A stretch of 62,876 nucleotides of DNA, the filler included. It is 4 parts of 4 records of this genome, joined end to end, with 100 filler letters (N's around TTAATTAATTAA, not from the genome) between each part and the next. Parts side by side here need not be neighbours in the genome. Positions count along the whole stretch, not along the records: positions 19,835 to 51,066 come from SRR20825019_2229; 3 more parts are not named here. One strand, written 5' to 3'. Positions 21,420 to 31,668 of the stretch are shown in pieces. Under the pieces are notes generated by a model. It saw only the letters and a program-made list of their open reading frames with translations. It was not told the origin of the DNA and did not search any database. Position numbers and translations under genes: made by a program. The first letter of the stretch is position 1. Each line of letters opens with the position of its first letter.

Positions 21420-22430
21420 ATGTTGAAACGTCGCTCTCTTCTTGCTGCCGCGGCGGCTACCCTGCTGTTCAGTGCCGTTGCTCAAGCCGACTACAAGGAT
21501 GAATACACCGTTTCCACCGTACTGCCGTCTGCGTTTCCCTGGGGCCAGGCTGCCGACAAATGGGTGGAGCTGGTGAAAGAGCGCTCCGATGGGCGTATCA
21601 ACATGAAAATCTACAGCAACTCCCAACTGGTTTCCGGTGACCAGACCAAAGAGTTCTCGGCGATGCGCTCCGGGCTGATCGATATGTCGGTGGGGTCCAC
21701 CATCAACTGGTCGCCTCAGGTGCCTGAACTGAACCTGTTTTCCCTGCCTTTCCTGATGCCGGATTATGCCGCCATCGATGCGATCACCCAAGGTGAAGCT
21801 GGCGAGGCTGTCTTTGCCGCGATCAAGAAGCGTGGTGTTACACCGCTGGCCTGGGGCGAGAATGGCTTCCGCGAGCTCTCCAACTCCAAGCTGACCATCG
21901 ATGAGCCGGCCGATCTGGATGGCCTGAAAATCCGCGTAGTCGGTTCGCCGCTGTTCCAGGATACCTTTACGGCCCTGGGCGCTAACCCCACCCAGATGAG
22001 CTGGGCTGATGCCAAGCCGGCGCTGACCACCGGTGCCGTCGACGGCCAGGAGAACCCGTTATCGGTCTTTGACGTGGCGCGTATCGATCAGGTTGGCCAG
22101 AAGTACCTGACCCGCTGGCACTACATGGCGGACCCGCTGGTGTTTGCAGTCAGCAACAGCATCTGGGACCAGTTCAGCGAGGAAGACCAGGCGCTGCTGA
22201 AGCAGGCGGCGATTGATGCAGGCCAGTGGGAAATCGAGAAATCCCGTAGCGAAATCGATGCGACCCTGGCCGCCATCAAGGAACGTGGCGTAGAGGTCAC
22301 CGAACTGACTGATGAGCAGCGTGATGCCTTCATGAAGGCCACCCAGTCGGTTTATGAAACATGGACTCCGCGCATTGGCGAGGATCTGGTCAAGCAAGCG
22401 CAGGAAGCGGTCGCCAACCGTAACCAGTAA
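21420..22430 (+). CDS. dctP: TRAP transporter solute-binding subunit (DctP family)
   Basis: Signal peptide; GENGFRELSN, GLKIRV, VDGQENP. Confidence 0.95.
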   Translation: MLKRRSLLAAAAATLLFSAVAQADYKDEYTVSTVLPSAFPWGQAADKWVELVKERSDGRINMKIYSNSQLVSGDQTKEFSAMRSGLIDMSVGSTINWSPQVPELNLFSLPFLMPDYAAIDAITQGEAGEAVFAAIKKRGVTPLAWGENGFRELSNSKLTIDEPADLDGLKIRVVGSPLFQDTFTALGANPTQMSWADAKPALTTGAVDGQENPLSVFDVARIDQVGQKYLTRWHYMADPLVFAVSNSIWDQFSEEDQALLKQAAIDAGQWEIEKSRSEIDATLAAIKERGVEVTELTDEQRDAFMKATQSVYETWTPRIGEDLVKQAQEAVANRNQ

Positions 22431-22490
22431 GAGCGATCTGTTCAGGCGCCCACCGGAAACGGTAGGCGCTCTTTCCGAACCGGAGTTACC

Positions 22491-22985
22491 ATGCCGTCCC
22501 GACCTCCCAAATTCCGGCTCGATGCCTGGCTGGCCACCATTGCCCTGGTTGCGATCTGCTTGATCAGCCTCGGCAATGTGATCGTGCGCTACGCGACAGA
22601 TGCCTCCTTTGCCTTTACCGAGGAATTCTCGGTGTTCCTTTTGGTGGTGCTTACCTTCGCAGGCGCTGCGGTGGCTGCGCGACACAACCAGCACATTCGC
22701 ATCGAGTTGATCGAGCACTATCTGCCGTCCTGGGCACGAAAGGTGGTGTTTGTCCTGCAATGGCTGGGCGGGGTGATGGTCTTGGGGATCATGACGTGGT
22801 ATGGCAGTACTTTCGCCTTGCAGGAATACCAGTGGGAGTCATTGTCACCGGGTCTGGGATTACCCAACTGGATTTACGTGATTTGGCTGCCGCTACTATC
22901 TGCAGCCATCATCATCCGCATAACCCAGAACCTTGTTGATCGCCTTCGCGGCCGGGAAGACCCGGAGGTGATCCATGAGTCCTGA
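22491..22985 (+). CDS. dctQ: TRAP transporter small permease
   Basis: Four TM; NVIVRY, TEE, HIRIE motifs. Confidence 0.93.
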   Translation: MPSRPPKFRLDAWLATIALVAICLISLGNVIVRYATDASFAFTEEFSVFLLVVLTFAGAAVAARHNQHIRIELIEHYLPSWARKVVFVLQWLGGVMVLGIMTWYGSTFALQEYQWESLSPGLGLPNWIYVIWLPLLSAAIIIRITQNLVDRLRGREDPEVIHES

Positions 22986-24279
22986 TCTGCTGATGATTGG
23001 CAGTTTCCTGCTGGCGTTGCTGTTGGGCATGCCGGTCGCAATTGCCCTGGGCCTGGGCGGGCTGATGGGTATCGTAGCGGGACTGCCGCCCGCGATGCTG
23101 GGCACGTTTGGTACCAACACGTATAACAGCGTAGCCAAATACCCGCTGATTGCGATTCCCCTGTTTATTCTTACCGGCCTGATCTTCGAGCGTGCGGGCG
23201 TTGCTGCCGCGCTGGTGCGATTTGCCCAGTCGATCATCGGCCCCCGCCATGGTGGGCTGACCGTTGTTGCGGTGCTGGTGTGTCTGATCATGGGTGGCAT
23301 GAGCGGTTCTGGTCCAGCTGATGCGGCCGCTGTTGCCATGGTGATGCTGCCAAGCATGCAGAAGGCCGGTTATCCGAAGCCGTTTTCGGCGTCGTTGATT
23401 GCGGCTTCGTCGTCCACAGCAATCCTGATTCCGCCGTCCATTGCATTGATTCTTTATTCCATCGTGGTGCCTGGTGTTGATCTGCGGGCGCTGTTCGCCG
23501 CCGGTATTTTCCCGGGCATCCTGGCGGGTGTGTCTCTGCTGGCGCCAGCGTTGTATTTCGCGAAAAAGTACCGTTGGGAAGACCCCGAAGCGGTCGAACG
23601 CCCGCCTTTCTGGCCCAGCCTCAAGGCGGCCTTGCCCGCGCTGTTTGCACCGGTGATCATTCTTGGCGGCCTGCGCTCAGGCCTGTTTACGCCCACTGAG
23701 GCGGCCGTGGTGGCGGTGGCATACGGCGTGCTGGTCGGTTGCGTGTTGTATCGCAATCTCAGCTTGCGGAACCTCTGGGGCCTGATGACAGACGCCGCCG
23801 TTACCTCCGGTGTGGTGATGTTTATCATTGCGCTGGCGGGCATCTTCGCCTGGGCGGGGACGACGCTGGGTACTTTCCAGCACCTTGCGGATGCCTTGTT
23901 GTCGCTCTCGGAAAACGGCTGGGTGCTGTTGGGTCTGGTGATGGTCCTGGTGCTGATTGCCGGAATGTTGCTGGATGCAATCTCCATCTACCTGATCCTG
24001 ATCCCGATTGTTCTGCCGCTGATGAATCACTTTGGCTGGAACCCGATCTGGTTTGGCATATTGCTGGCCATGAACATCGCCATTGGCCAGTTCACCCCAC
24101 CAGTCGCCGTGAACCTGATGGTCACCACTCGCATCGCCAATATCCGCCTGGAACACACCATCGGTTGGGCCATGGTGTTTGTGGCTGCGATGGCTGTCAG
24201 CCTGGTGCTGGTGATGTTGGTGCCGGGGATTGCGTTGTGGTTACCGGAAAAGCTTGGTTATGTCGTGGGTCCATGGTAA
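22975..24279 (+). CDS. dctM: TRAP transporter large permease
   Basis: LIAIPLFIL, SGSGPADAAA, LIPPSI, FTPTEAA, TPPVAVNL. Confidence 0.96.
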   Translation: MSPDLLMIGSFLLALLLGMPVAIALGLGGLMGIVAGLPPAMLGTFGTNTYNSVAKYPLIAIPLFILTGLIFERAGVAAALVRFAQSIIGPRHGGLTVVAVLVCLIMGGMSGSGPADAAAVAMVMLPSMQKAGYPKPFSASLIAASSSTAILIPPSIALILYSIVVPGVDLRALFAAGIFPGILAGVSLLAPALYFAKKYRWEDPEAVERPPFWPSLKAALPALFAPVIILGGLRSGLFTPTEAAVVAVAYGVLVGCVLYRNLSLRNLWGLMTDAAVTSGVVMFIIALAGIFAWAGTTLGTFQHLADALLSLSENGWVLLGLVMVLVLIAGMLLDAISIYLILIPIVLPLMNHFGWNPIWFGILLAMNIAIGQFTPPVAVNLMVTTRIANIRLEHTIGWAMVFVAAMAVSLVLVMLVPGIALWLPEKLGYVVGPW

Positions 24280-24321
24280 ATAGAGCACCGCTACGCTTCG
24301 CGGCCTCCCCAAGGATTACCT

Positions 24322-25113
24322 ATGAACCAACTTGATCTGCTTTACGGATTCAGCAGTGTCGTTATCGTTGTAATTCTCTTCATGGCGATAGTTGCGCTTA
24401 ATGAAGTGGGATTTAGAGTAGGGCGCTTCGTACAGTCCCATACGGACGATGAAGTTAAAGCGCTTACGAGTTCCATTCAGGCCAGCGTACTGGGTTTATT
24501 GGCATTGTTGCTCGGGTTTACATTCAGCATGTCCATGCAACGATATGATAATCGAAGTATGGCCTTAATAGATGAAGCGAATGCCATAGGAACCGCAATA
24601 CTGAGGGTTCAATTGCTGCCAGAGGAATACAGAGACGAAGCTGGCAATCTATTCCGGCAATATGTTGGTTTGCGTGTAGAAATTGGCCAGTTGGACCTTA
24701 CCAAAACGGAAGAGCGTACTTCCTACAATGATAAAATCGCCGACTTGCAGAATCGGTTATGGGCATTGGCAATATCAGCTACCGAGGTGGACCCCCGCCC
24801 GGTAACAACTGGCGCATTTGTAAAATCACTCAATGACGTTATTGATAGCCAAGGTAAAAGAAATGCATTGCTTCAAATGCAAGTTCCAGAAGTTGTACTG
24901 GTTTTACTGTTTATAGTGTTCGTCTCCTCCGGGGGGATAATGGGGTATTCCGCAGGGTTGAGTGGAAAACGTATGTTCGCGCCGATAGTGTTGGTTTCCA
25001 TACTGATTACCTTGATCGTCTTTATAATAATTGATCTGGATCGACCAAAGCGCGGTCTTATACAGGTGAACCAGAGTGTCATGACTCAACTGCTGAATGA
25101 TCGCAAGGAGTGA
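24322..25113 (+). CDS. Uncharacterised membrane protein (DUF4239 / bestrophin-like)
   Basis: LGLLALLLGFTFS, EANAIGTA, DLDRPKRGLIQV; visibly more AT-rich than flanking genes. Confidence 0.8.
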   Translation: MNQLDLLYGFSSVVIVVILFMAIVALNEVGFRVGRFVQSHTDDEVKALTSSIQASVLGLLALLLGFTFSMSMQRYDNRSMALIDEANAIGTAILRVQLLPEEYRDEAGNLFRQYVGLRVEIGQLDLTKTEERTSYNDKIADLQNRLWALAISATEVDPRPVTTGAFVKSLNDVIDSQGKRNALLQMQVPEVVLVLLFIVFVSSGGIMGYSAGLSGKRMFAPIVLVSILITLIVFIIIDLDRPKRGLIQVNQSVMTQLLNDRKE

Positions 25114-25114
25114 T

Positions 25115-25360
25115 TCATTCCCTTGCCGTTGTCTTGTGCTTAGTCACTTGCGCCCGATATTCTGGCACCGGCAATCCCCCGATTCCCCAGTCCTCAAGCG
25201 CCACTTCATCAATCACGACCATGGTTGAGGCCGGTTTCTTGTCCAGAATTCGAACGAGCAAGTCGGTAACGCCTGCGATCAGTTCCGCTTTCTGTTGCGC
25301 AGAGGGTCCCTTGCCCTCAGGGCCGCCTTCGCGGGTAATTTTGATATTGACGTACGGCAT
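25115..25360 (-). CDS. 4-oxalocrotonate tautomerase family protein
   Basis: Catalytic Pro2 (MPYVNIKIT), QKAELIAGVT, WGIGG. Confidence 0.92.
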   Translation of the reverse strand: MPYVNIKITREGGPEGKGPSAQQKAELIAGVTDLLVRILDKKPASTMVVIDEVALEDWGIGGLPVPEYRAQVTKHKTTARE

Positions 25361-25362
25361 GG

Positions 25363-25752
25363 TCAGTCTCCCTGGCTTGTGATTTCATAGTGAAAGATTT
25401 TGGCCATGATGGCCCAGCGGCCTTGATCGTAGATCAGGGTCAGGAAATCGGTGTAGTCGCGGCCCATCATGGTCATTTCCACTCGCGCGAACGCGAGAGT
25501 CGGGCCTCCCGTTTCGATCGAAATGATGCGCTCGTTGCGGGTTTCTCCGTTGCTTGCTGGCGGCACCCGTTGATCCAGCACCTTCCGGTATTCGTCGAAC
25601 GACAGTACCCGGTAATCCTCTGGTGTCGCACTCACATACTGGGCGTGCGGATGGAACACGCCAGAGAGCATGGCGCTGTCGGCCTTGTGCAGTCCTTCAA
25701 AATAGGTTTCGAGCAGGATCGGGATGGCTTCGTAAGGCTTGGGTGAGTTCAT
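25363..25752 (-). CDS. NTF2-like (putative lumazine-binding) protein
   Basis: YFEGLH...FHP, YTDFLTL...WAIMAKIF. Confidence 0.85.
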   Translation of the reverse strand: MNSPKPYEAIPILLETYFEGLHKADSAMLSGVFHPHAQYVSATPEDYRVLSFDEYRKVLDQRVPPASNGETRNERIISIETGGPTLAFARVEMTMMGRDYTDFLTLIYDQGRWAIMAKIFHYEITSQGD

Positions 25753-26351
25753 TGTGCGACCAGTCCTTCCGACGACATTGCGGCTTTAACGCTCGGCCGG
25801 GCCGAAATGCGATTCCAGAGGGTGTTCAGGAACGGCCAATCCTTGATATCGATCCCGGGCACGGCGGCCCAACTGCAGACTACAAAAAGGTAGGCGTCAG
25901 CAACGGTGAAGGTGTCGCCCACCAGATAGGCTCGACCATCGTCGAGCAGAGACTCCAGGTAGTCGAAATGGCGGGGGATGGTCTCAAGTGCCTGGGCACG
26001 TTGTTCGTCCGTTGCGCTGGCTTTGAAGAAGGGACCAAAGGCCTTGTGCAGCTCCGATGCAATGTAGTTCAGGTGCTCCTGCAAACGGGCTCGCTCAATT
26101 GTGCCTACGTCGGGTATCAATGTAGTTGATTCCGCCAGGTATTGAAGGATCGCAGCGCCTTCGGTCAGTACCGCTCTGCCGGTATCCAGCGCCGGCACAT
26201 AACCTTTGGGGTTGACGGTTTTATAGTCGATACCGGACTCGGTGCGCTGGGTTTGGGTATCAACGGGCTCAAGGGTGAAATCAATACCCAGTTCTCTAAG
26301 TACAATGTGTGTCGCCAGTGAGCAGGCGCCGGGCTTGAAATACAGTTTCAT
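25749..26351 (-). CDS. gstA: Glutathione S-transferase, beta class
   Basis: MKLYFKPGACSLA, NPKGYVPAL, LTEGAAILQYL, SELHK, FTVADAYLF. Confidence 0.93.
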   Translation of the reverse strand: MKLYFKPGACSLATHIVLRELGIDFTLEPVDTQTQRTESGIDYKTVNPKGYVPALDTGRAVLTEGAAILQYLAESTTLIPDVGTIERARLQEHLNYIASELHKAFGPFFKASATDEQRAQALETIPRHFDYLESLLDDGRAYLVGDTFTVADAYLFVVCSWAAVPGIDIKDWPFLNTLWNRISARPSVKAAMSSEGLVAQ

Positions 26352-26493
26352 GGGTAGATCTCCTTTGTGTGATAAGCACTGGGCTTGGACACAGAGGAGA
26401 TTACTGCCTGCAATAAGAATAAAATAATATTGAGTTATTATGATAATGATAATTTAATAGAATCATCTTTGGTTGAAGAAACAAGAGGCGTCG

Positions 26494-27369
26494 ATGAAGC
26501 TGGAGCAATTGCGTGTACTGGATGCCATCGTGACGCAAGGCAGCTTTCGCAAAGCGTCTGAGGTGCTCTACAAATCCCAGCCCGCTTTGAGCCAGGCTAT
26601 CAAAAGCCTGGAAGAGGAAACCGGGCTAACCCTGCTGTCCCGGGAGAGTTACCGCCCGGTGCTTACCCCAGCCGGTAAGGCCTATTACCGCCAGGCACGG
26701 GGTGTACTGGACCAGGTACAGGCTCTGAAGGAGTTGGCCGGCAAGTTGTCGGCCAGCCAGGAAGCGGAGGTGCGGCTGTCGGTATCCGCCACTTGTCCGT
26801 TGGGTAATCTCCTGTCAGTGATCGGTGAGCTCAAGGAGGCATACCCAGCCACGGATATCCGGCTGATGTCGGATGCCATGGGTGGCAGTGCAGAACGACT
26901 CATGGCGGGCGAGGTTGATTTTATCATCGCCACAATGGATGGTCTTTCCACAGAGGCAGTTCATGCTTCGCCCTACACCGCCGTGAATATCATCCCGGTA
27001 GCCCATCCCGGCTATGGTCCGGCAAGCAGTCGCAAGCGGCTGAGCAATGCTGAAATGCGCCCGTACGTTCAGGTTGTGGTGGCGGGTACCGGGCAGGGGC
27101 GATATGACCAGAGCCGGGACGTGGTTCCGGAGAGCCTACGGTGGACGGTGTCGGATTTTGCCGCTAAAAAAGAGATTGTGCTGGCCAGGATGGGATGGGG
27201 CGGTCTGCCGGAGCACTTGATTGCCCGTGAATTGGAGGCCGGCGAACTGGTAACGCTTGACCTGAAAGGTTACCCGATCCGCCGTTCACAGCTTCACCTG
27301 GTGCGTCGTCGGGAAGGCGCTCTGGGGGTGGTTGCCCATGAGCTTTGGGAGCGACTCTCCACCAATTAA
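26494..27369 (+). CDS. LysR-family transcriptional regulator, divergent from the GST operon
   Basis: GSFRKASEVLYKSQPALSQAIKSLEE HTH; GWGGLPEH. Confidence 0.95.
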   Translation: MKLEQLRVLDAIVTQGSFRKASEVLYKSQPALSQAIKSLEEETGLTLLSRESYRPVLTPAGKAYYRQARGVLDQVQALKELAGKLSASQEAEVRLSVSATCPLGNLLSVIGELKEAYPATDIRLMSDAMGGSAERLMAGEVDFIIATMDGLSTEAVHASPYTAVNIIPVAHPGYGPASSRKRLSNAEMRPYVQVVVAGTGQGRYDQSRDVVPESLRWTVSDFAAKKEIVLARMGWGGLPEHLIARELEAGELVTLDLKGYPIRRSQLHLVRRREGALGVVAHELWERLSTN

Positions 27370-27386
27370 CAATCTAGAGGTAAAAA

Positions 27387-28427
27387 ATGACCATCCAGAA
27401 TGTGCTGGGAATTGATCTGCCTGTCATCCAGGCGCCAATGGCCGGCGTGCAGGGGCATGAACTGGCTGTAGCGGTGTCCAATGCTGGAGGGCTGGGCTCG
27501 TTGCCCTGTGCCATGCTCAGCTCTGAGGCACTGCGAAAAGAGTTGGAAGCACTGACAAGCCAGACCAGCAAGCCCTACAACGTCAACTTCTTCTGTCACA
27601 CCCCGCCAGAGCCCGACGCCGAAGCAGAGCGTCATTGGCGCAAGGCCCTCTCGCCATATTTTGACGAGCTGGGTATTGATTCCAATGATGTATCCGCACA
27701 AGCAGGAAGGGCCCCTTTCAGCTCAGAGGCAGCGGATGTGCTGGCGGACTTCAAGCCGCCGGTGGTGAGTTTTCATTTTGGCTTGCCAGCACAAGAGTTG
27801 ATGGCGCGTATAAGAGGGTGGGGCGGGAAGATACTGTCGACCGCCACAACCGTGGACGAAGCGCTCTGGCTGGAGGCGCAGGGCGTCGATGCCATTATCG
27901 CGCAAGGGCTTGAAGCAGGTGGCCATCGCGGATTTTTTCTGTCGCGGGATATCAGCACTCAGGTCGGCACTTTTGCCTTGATTCCACAATTGGTAGACGC
28001 GGTGAACATTCCCGTTATCGCCGCTGGCGGTATTGCAGACTCCAAAGGCGTACAGGCTGCAATGGCGCTTGGGGCGGCCGGAGCGCAGATTGGCACCGCG
28101 TATTTGTTGTGCCCCGAAGCTCAAACCAAAGCAGTGCATCGCGCCGCCCTGAAATCAGAGGCCGGCCGTGTTACCGCACTGACTAATGTGTTCAGCGGTG
28201 GCGCCGCCCGGGGTATTGTGAACCGAATAATGCGTGAACTGGGGCCGATGAGTTCCAAAGCTCCTGCTTTCCCCCTGGCGTCATCCGCCATTGCACCATT
28301 GCGTGCAAAAGCCGAAGCTGAGGGGAGCGGTGACTTTTCGCCTCTGTGGGCGGGGCAGAATGTTGGTGGCTGCAAGGAAGTTTCTGCTGCAAGTCTTACA
28401 CGGGAGATCGGGACTTCTTCGAAGTAA
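27387..28427 (+). CDS. Nitronate monooxygenase / 2-nitropropane dioxygenase family flavoprotein
   Basis: PVIQAPMAG, EAGGHRG, PVIAAGGIAD, AQIGTAYL, LWAGQ. Confidence 0.93.
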   Translation: MTIQNVLGIDLPVIQAPMAGVQGHELAVAVSNAGGLGSLPCAMLSSEALRKELEALTSQTSKPYNVNFFCHTPPEPDAEAERHWRKALSPYFDELGIDSNDVSAQAGRAPFSSEAADVLADFKPPVVSFHFGLPAQELMARIRGWGGKILSTATTVDEALWLEAQGVDAIIAQGLEAGGHRGFFLSRDISTQVGTFALIPQLVDAVNIPVIAAGGIADSKGVQAAMALGAAGAQIGTAYLLCPEAQTKAVHRAALKSEAGRVTALTNVFSGGAARGIVNRIMRELGPMSSKAPAFPLASSAIAPLRAKAEAEGSGDFSPLWAGQNVGGCKEVSAASLTREIGTSSK

Positions 28428-28588
28428 GAAGCCGGAGCCGGTGATGTTTGAGGGCTATTCGACGCTATGATGCAGCGAGAAGCCAAATTAACCTTGTCTT
28501 CGTAGTTGCCTGCAATAGACTGATAACTGCAGCCGGAAACCCGTCTTAGGGTGTTGTTGCGGCTTGATAATCAAAGAAAGGCCAACCA

Positions 28589-29521
28589 ATGAGAGGAATA
28601 ACCGTGCCCGCTATCTCCCCTTTTTACCGCGCAGCGGCTTTTACCCTTGTTCTGATCTCCGGGCCGGCTCTGGCTGCTGATCCGGTGGTGGTGTCGTCCA
28701 AGATCGATACGGAAGGTGCTGTGTTGGGCCAGATGGTCCTGCAAACCCTTGAAGAAGCCGACATTCCGGTTGAGAACCGCCTGCAGCTCGGCGCGACCAG
28801 CATCGTTCGCAATGCTATCAAGGCCGGCGAGATAGATCTGTACCCGGAGTACACCGGCAATGCCGCTTTCTTCCATGATCAGGCAGACCGGGACATCTGG
28901 AAAGATGCCGCCAAGGCCTACGAGCAGGCTGCCAGCCTTGATAAGAAGGCCCATAACATTGTCTGGCTAACACCGGCGAAAGCCAACAATACCTGGGCCA
29001 TGAGTGTGCGGGGCGATCTGGCACGTGAGAACGGCTTGAACACGCTTGAAGATCTGGCTTCCTATATCAATGGCGGCGGCGCCTTCAAGTTTGCGGCCAG
29101 TGCCGAGTTTGTTGAATCCGCCAGTGCCTTGCCGGCGTTCCAGGAAGCGTACGGTTTCAAACTGGGGTCTGACCAGTTGCTGATCCTGTCCGGCGGCAAC
29201 ACTGCTGCGACGCTCCGGGCTGCGGCCCTGACCGACAACGATGTGAATGGCGCCATGACCTACGGCACTGATGGTGGTCTGAACGCACTCGATCTGAAGG
29301 TGATGGAGGACACATTGGGTGTCCAGCCAGTCTATCAGCCCGCGCCTATCGTGCGCGCAGAGGTGCTGGAAACGTATCCGAACATCCGCGAAGTTCTTGC
29401 GCCGGTCTTTGAGTCACTGGACCTGGAAACCCTTCAGCGTCTGAATGGTCAGGTTGCGGTGAATGGTGTACCTGCCGAAGCAGTTGCCCGGGACTATCTG
29501 GATTCCCTGGCTCAGGACTAA
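28589..29521 (+). CDS. yehZ: Osmoprotectant ABC transporter substrate-binding protein (OsmF/YehZ)
   Basis: VVVSSKIDTEG, DLYPEYTGN, ANNTWA, QPVYQPAP. Confidence 0.9.
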   Translation: MRGITVPAISPFYRAAAFTLVLISGPALAADPVVVSSKIDTEGAVLGQMVLQTLEEADIPVENRLQLGATSIVRNAIKAGEIDLYPEYTGNAAFFHDQADRDIWKDAAKAYEQAASLDKKAHNIVWLTPAKANNTWAMSVRGDLARENGLNTLEDLASYINGGGAFKFAASAEFVESASALPAFQEAYGFKLGSDQLLILSGGNTAATLRAAALTDNDVNGAMTYGTDGGLNALDLKVMEDTLGVQPVYQPAPIVRAEVLETYPNIREVLAPVFESLDLETLQRLNGQVAVNGVPAEAVARDYLDSLAQD

Positions 29522-29524
29522 GAT

Positions 29525-30700
29525 TTGGCGATCACCGAGACTTTGCGCCCAAACCGAGTCATTCCAGTGCTTGGGGGAGTGGCCCTGGCACTGGTCTGGT
29601 TGCTGGACCTTGGTACTATCCAACCCAACCGTATTGTTCCGGGCACCGGCCATGGCCTGTTTTCGGCCGTGGGATGGACAGGGGCAGGGCTGGTTACGGG
29701 GATTCTGTTGGCGACCATTGTGCTGTCCACATTGCCGTTACGTCGTCGCTATGAGCTCCTGCTCGGTCTGATTGGGCTTTCACTGGCAACGATGCCGCTG
29801 TTGCTGGATATGTTTGCCGCCCTCCATCTGCCCGAGGGGTCGCCCTACGCCCGTTCGTCGGTCGGGGCAGGGTTCTGGTCTCTTCTGTTCCTGCTTTCGC
29901 TGATGTTGATTGAGACCCTTGGCCGGCTCGAAGCCCGGCGTTGGCTTCAACTGATACTGCTCGTGTTTATCGGTGGGAGCTGGATTGTCCTGCTGCGTGG
30001 CGAGGGCCTGGAAAGTCTGTCGCTGGTGCGGGAGTTCAACGCTCGCCCCGACAAGTTCCAGCAAGCGCTCTGGACGCACCTGGCCCTGGCATTGGGTGCG
30101 GTCACCATCAGTGCGGGCCTGGCGTTCGCCCTGGCGCTTAAAATGATCCGAAGCCCCGCCTGGCAGCGTCCTCTTCTGGGCGCCGTGAGTTTTCTGCAAA
30201 CCATTCCAAGCCTTGCGGTATTTGGTTTGCTGATTGCGCCACTCAGTGCGCTCTCGTCAGCGCTCCCGTTTCTGCAGGATCTTGGCATCCGGGGGATTGG
30301 CTGGGCGCCAGCGCTACTGGCGTTGATCGCTTACAGTTTGCTGCCGATGGTGCGCAACACCTTTGTGGCTCTTACCGAAGTTCCCGAAAGCCTGGCCGAT
30401 GCGGCGCGGGGTATGGGTATGAATGAACACCAGGTGTTTTATCAGCTCAAGCTGCCGTTGGCGCTGCCGGTGATGATTGAGGGTGTACGGATCACAACCA
30501 TTCAGGCAATCGGCCTGACGGCGGTAGCCGCCCTCATCGGCGCGGGTGGTTTCGGTGGTTTTATCTTTCAGGGGTTGGGGCAGGCGGCGATGGACCTGGT
30601 GTTGCTCGGTGCTTTGCCTACGATTGCGTTGGCGCTGCTTGCCGACGCGTTACTCACGATGTTGGCGGCCAGTCTCAAGCCGACACCGGCAACGGTCTGA
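29525..30700 (+). CDS. yehY: Osmoprotectant ABC transporter permease (large)
   Basis: PNRIVPG, QTIPSLAVFG, AARGMGM, IGAGGFG. Confidence 0.88.
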   Translation: MAITETLRPNRVIPVLGGVALALVWLLDLGTIQPNRIVPGTGHGLFSAVGWTGAGLVTGILLATIVLSTLPLRRRYELLLGLIGLSLATMPLLLDMFAALHLPEGSPYARSSVGAGFWSLLFLLSLMLIETLGRLEARRWLQLILLVFIGGSWIVLLRGEGLESLSLVREFNARPDKFQQALWTHLALALGAVTISAGLAFALALKMIRSPAWQRPLLGAVSFLQTIPSLAVFGLLIAPLSALSSALPFLQDLGIRGIGWAPALLALIAYSLLPMVRNTFVALTEVPESLADAARGMGMNEHQVFYQLKLPLALPVMIEGVRITTIQAIGLTAVAALIGAGGFGGFIFQGLGQAAMDLVLLGALPTIALALLADALLTMLAASLKPTPATV

Positions 30701-30720
30701 TAGGGGAAGGAACTGGTCGG

Positions 30721-31668
30721 ATGATCGAACTGAAGAATGTCTCCCGGCGTTTCGGCGATACCGTCGCAGTGGATGGGGTTAACCTGACCATCGAAACGGG
30801 TGAAGTCTGCGTGCTGGTGGGCAGTTCCGGCTGCGGTAAATCGACCACGCTGCGCATGATCAACCGTCTTTTGCCCCACAGCGCTGGCGAGATATTGGTG
30901 GATGGTGAGGACATCACCACCATGAATCCGGAACAGCTGCGGCTGAACATGGGGTATGTGATCCAGGGTACGGGGTTGTTTCCTCACTGGACGGTGGCGC
31001 GCAACATCGCCATGGTGCCCAGGTTATTGAACTGGCCGAGGGAGCGGATCGACGCACGAGTCGACGAGTTGATGACCTTGTTGGATCTCGACCCCAGCGC
31101 CCACGCCAACAAATACCCCCAGCAATTGTCTGGCGGCCAAGCGCAACGGGTCGGTGTTGCGCGGGCATTGGCGGCGGACCCCAACATTCTGCTGATGGAC
31201 GAACCTTTTGGTGCATTGGATGCCATAACGCGGGAAAACCTCCAACTGGAAATGCTGCGGATCCAGAAGCAGGTCCGTAAAACCACTGTTTTCGTGACCC
31301 ACGATATTGATGAAGCACTGAAGCTGGCCACCCGCATTGCCGTGATGGATCAGGGGCGCATCATCCAGCATGACACGCCGGAGAATATCCTCCGCCATCC
31401 AGCATCGGACTTTGTTGAAAACCTGATTGGCAAGCAGGACCGCGGTCTGAAACTGATGAGCCTGCGGCCTGTGCGGGACCTGATGGCCAATCACACCGAG
31501 CCGCGGCAGTCGGAACCCGGGGAGCATGTGCTCAGGGAGGAGGACAGTATTCGCCTGGCTCTGTCCGTGATGCTCTGGCAGGACCTGCGGCAGGTCGCGG
31601 TGTTCAATGCGCAGGGGCAGGAGACAGGTGTGATTACCCGTGAACGCATTATCCAGGAAGGCGTGTAA
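30721..31668 (+). CDS. yehX: Osmoprotectant ABC transporter ATP-binding protein
   Basis: GSSGCGKST, LSGGQAQRVG, LLMDEPFGALD. Confidence 0.92.
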   Translation: MIELKNVSRRFGDTVAVDGVNLTIETGEVCVLVGSSGCGKSTTLRMINRLLPHSAGEILVDGEDITTMNPEQLRLNMGYVIQGTGLFPHWTVARNIAMVPRLLNWPRERIDARVDELMTLLDLDPSAHANKYPQQLSGGQAQRVGVARALAADPNILLMDEPFGALDAITRENLQLEMLRIQKQVRKTTVFVTHDIDEALKLATRIAVMDQGRIIQHDTPENILRHPASDFVENLIGKQDRGLKLMSLRPVRDLMANHTEPRQSEPGEHVLREEDSIRLALSVMLWQDLRQVAVFNAQGQETGVITRERIIQEGV

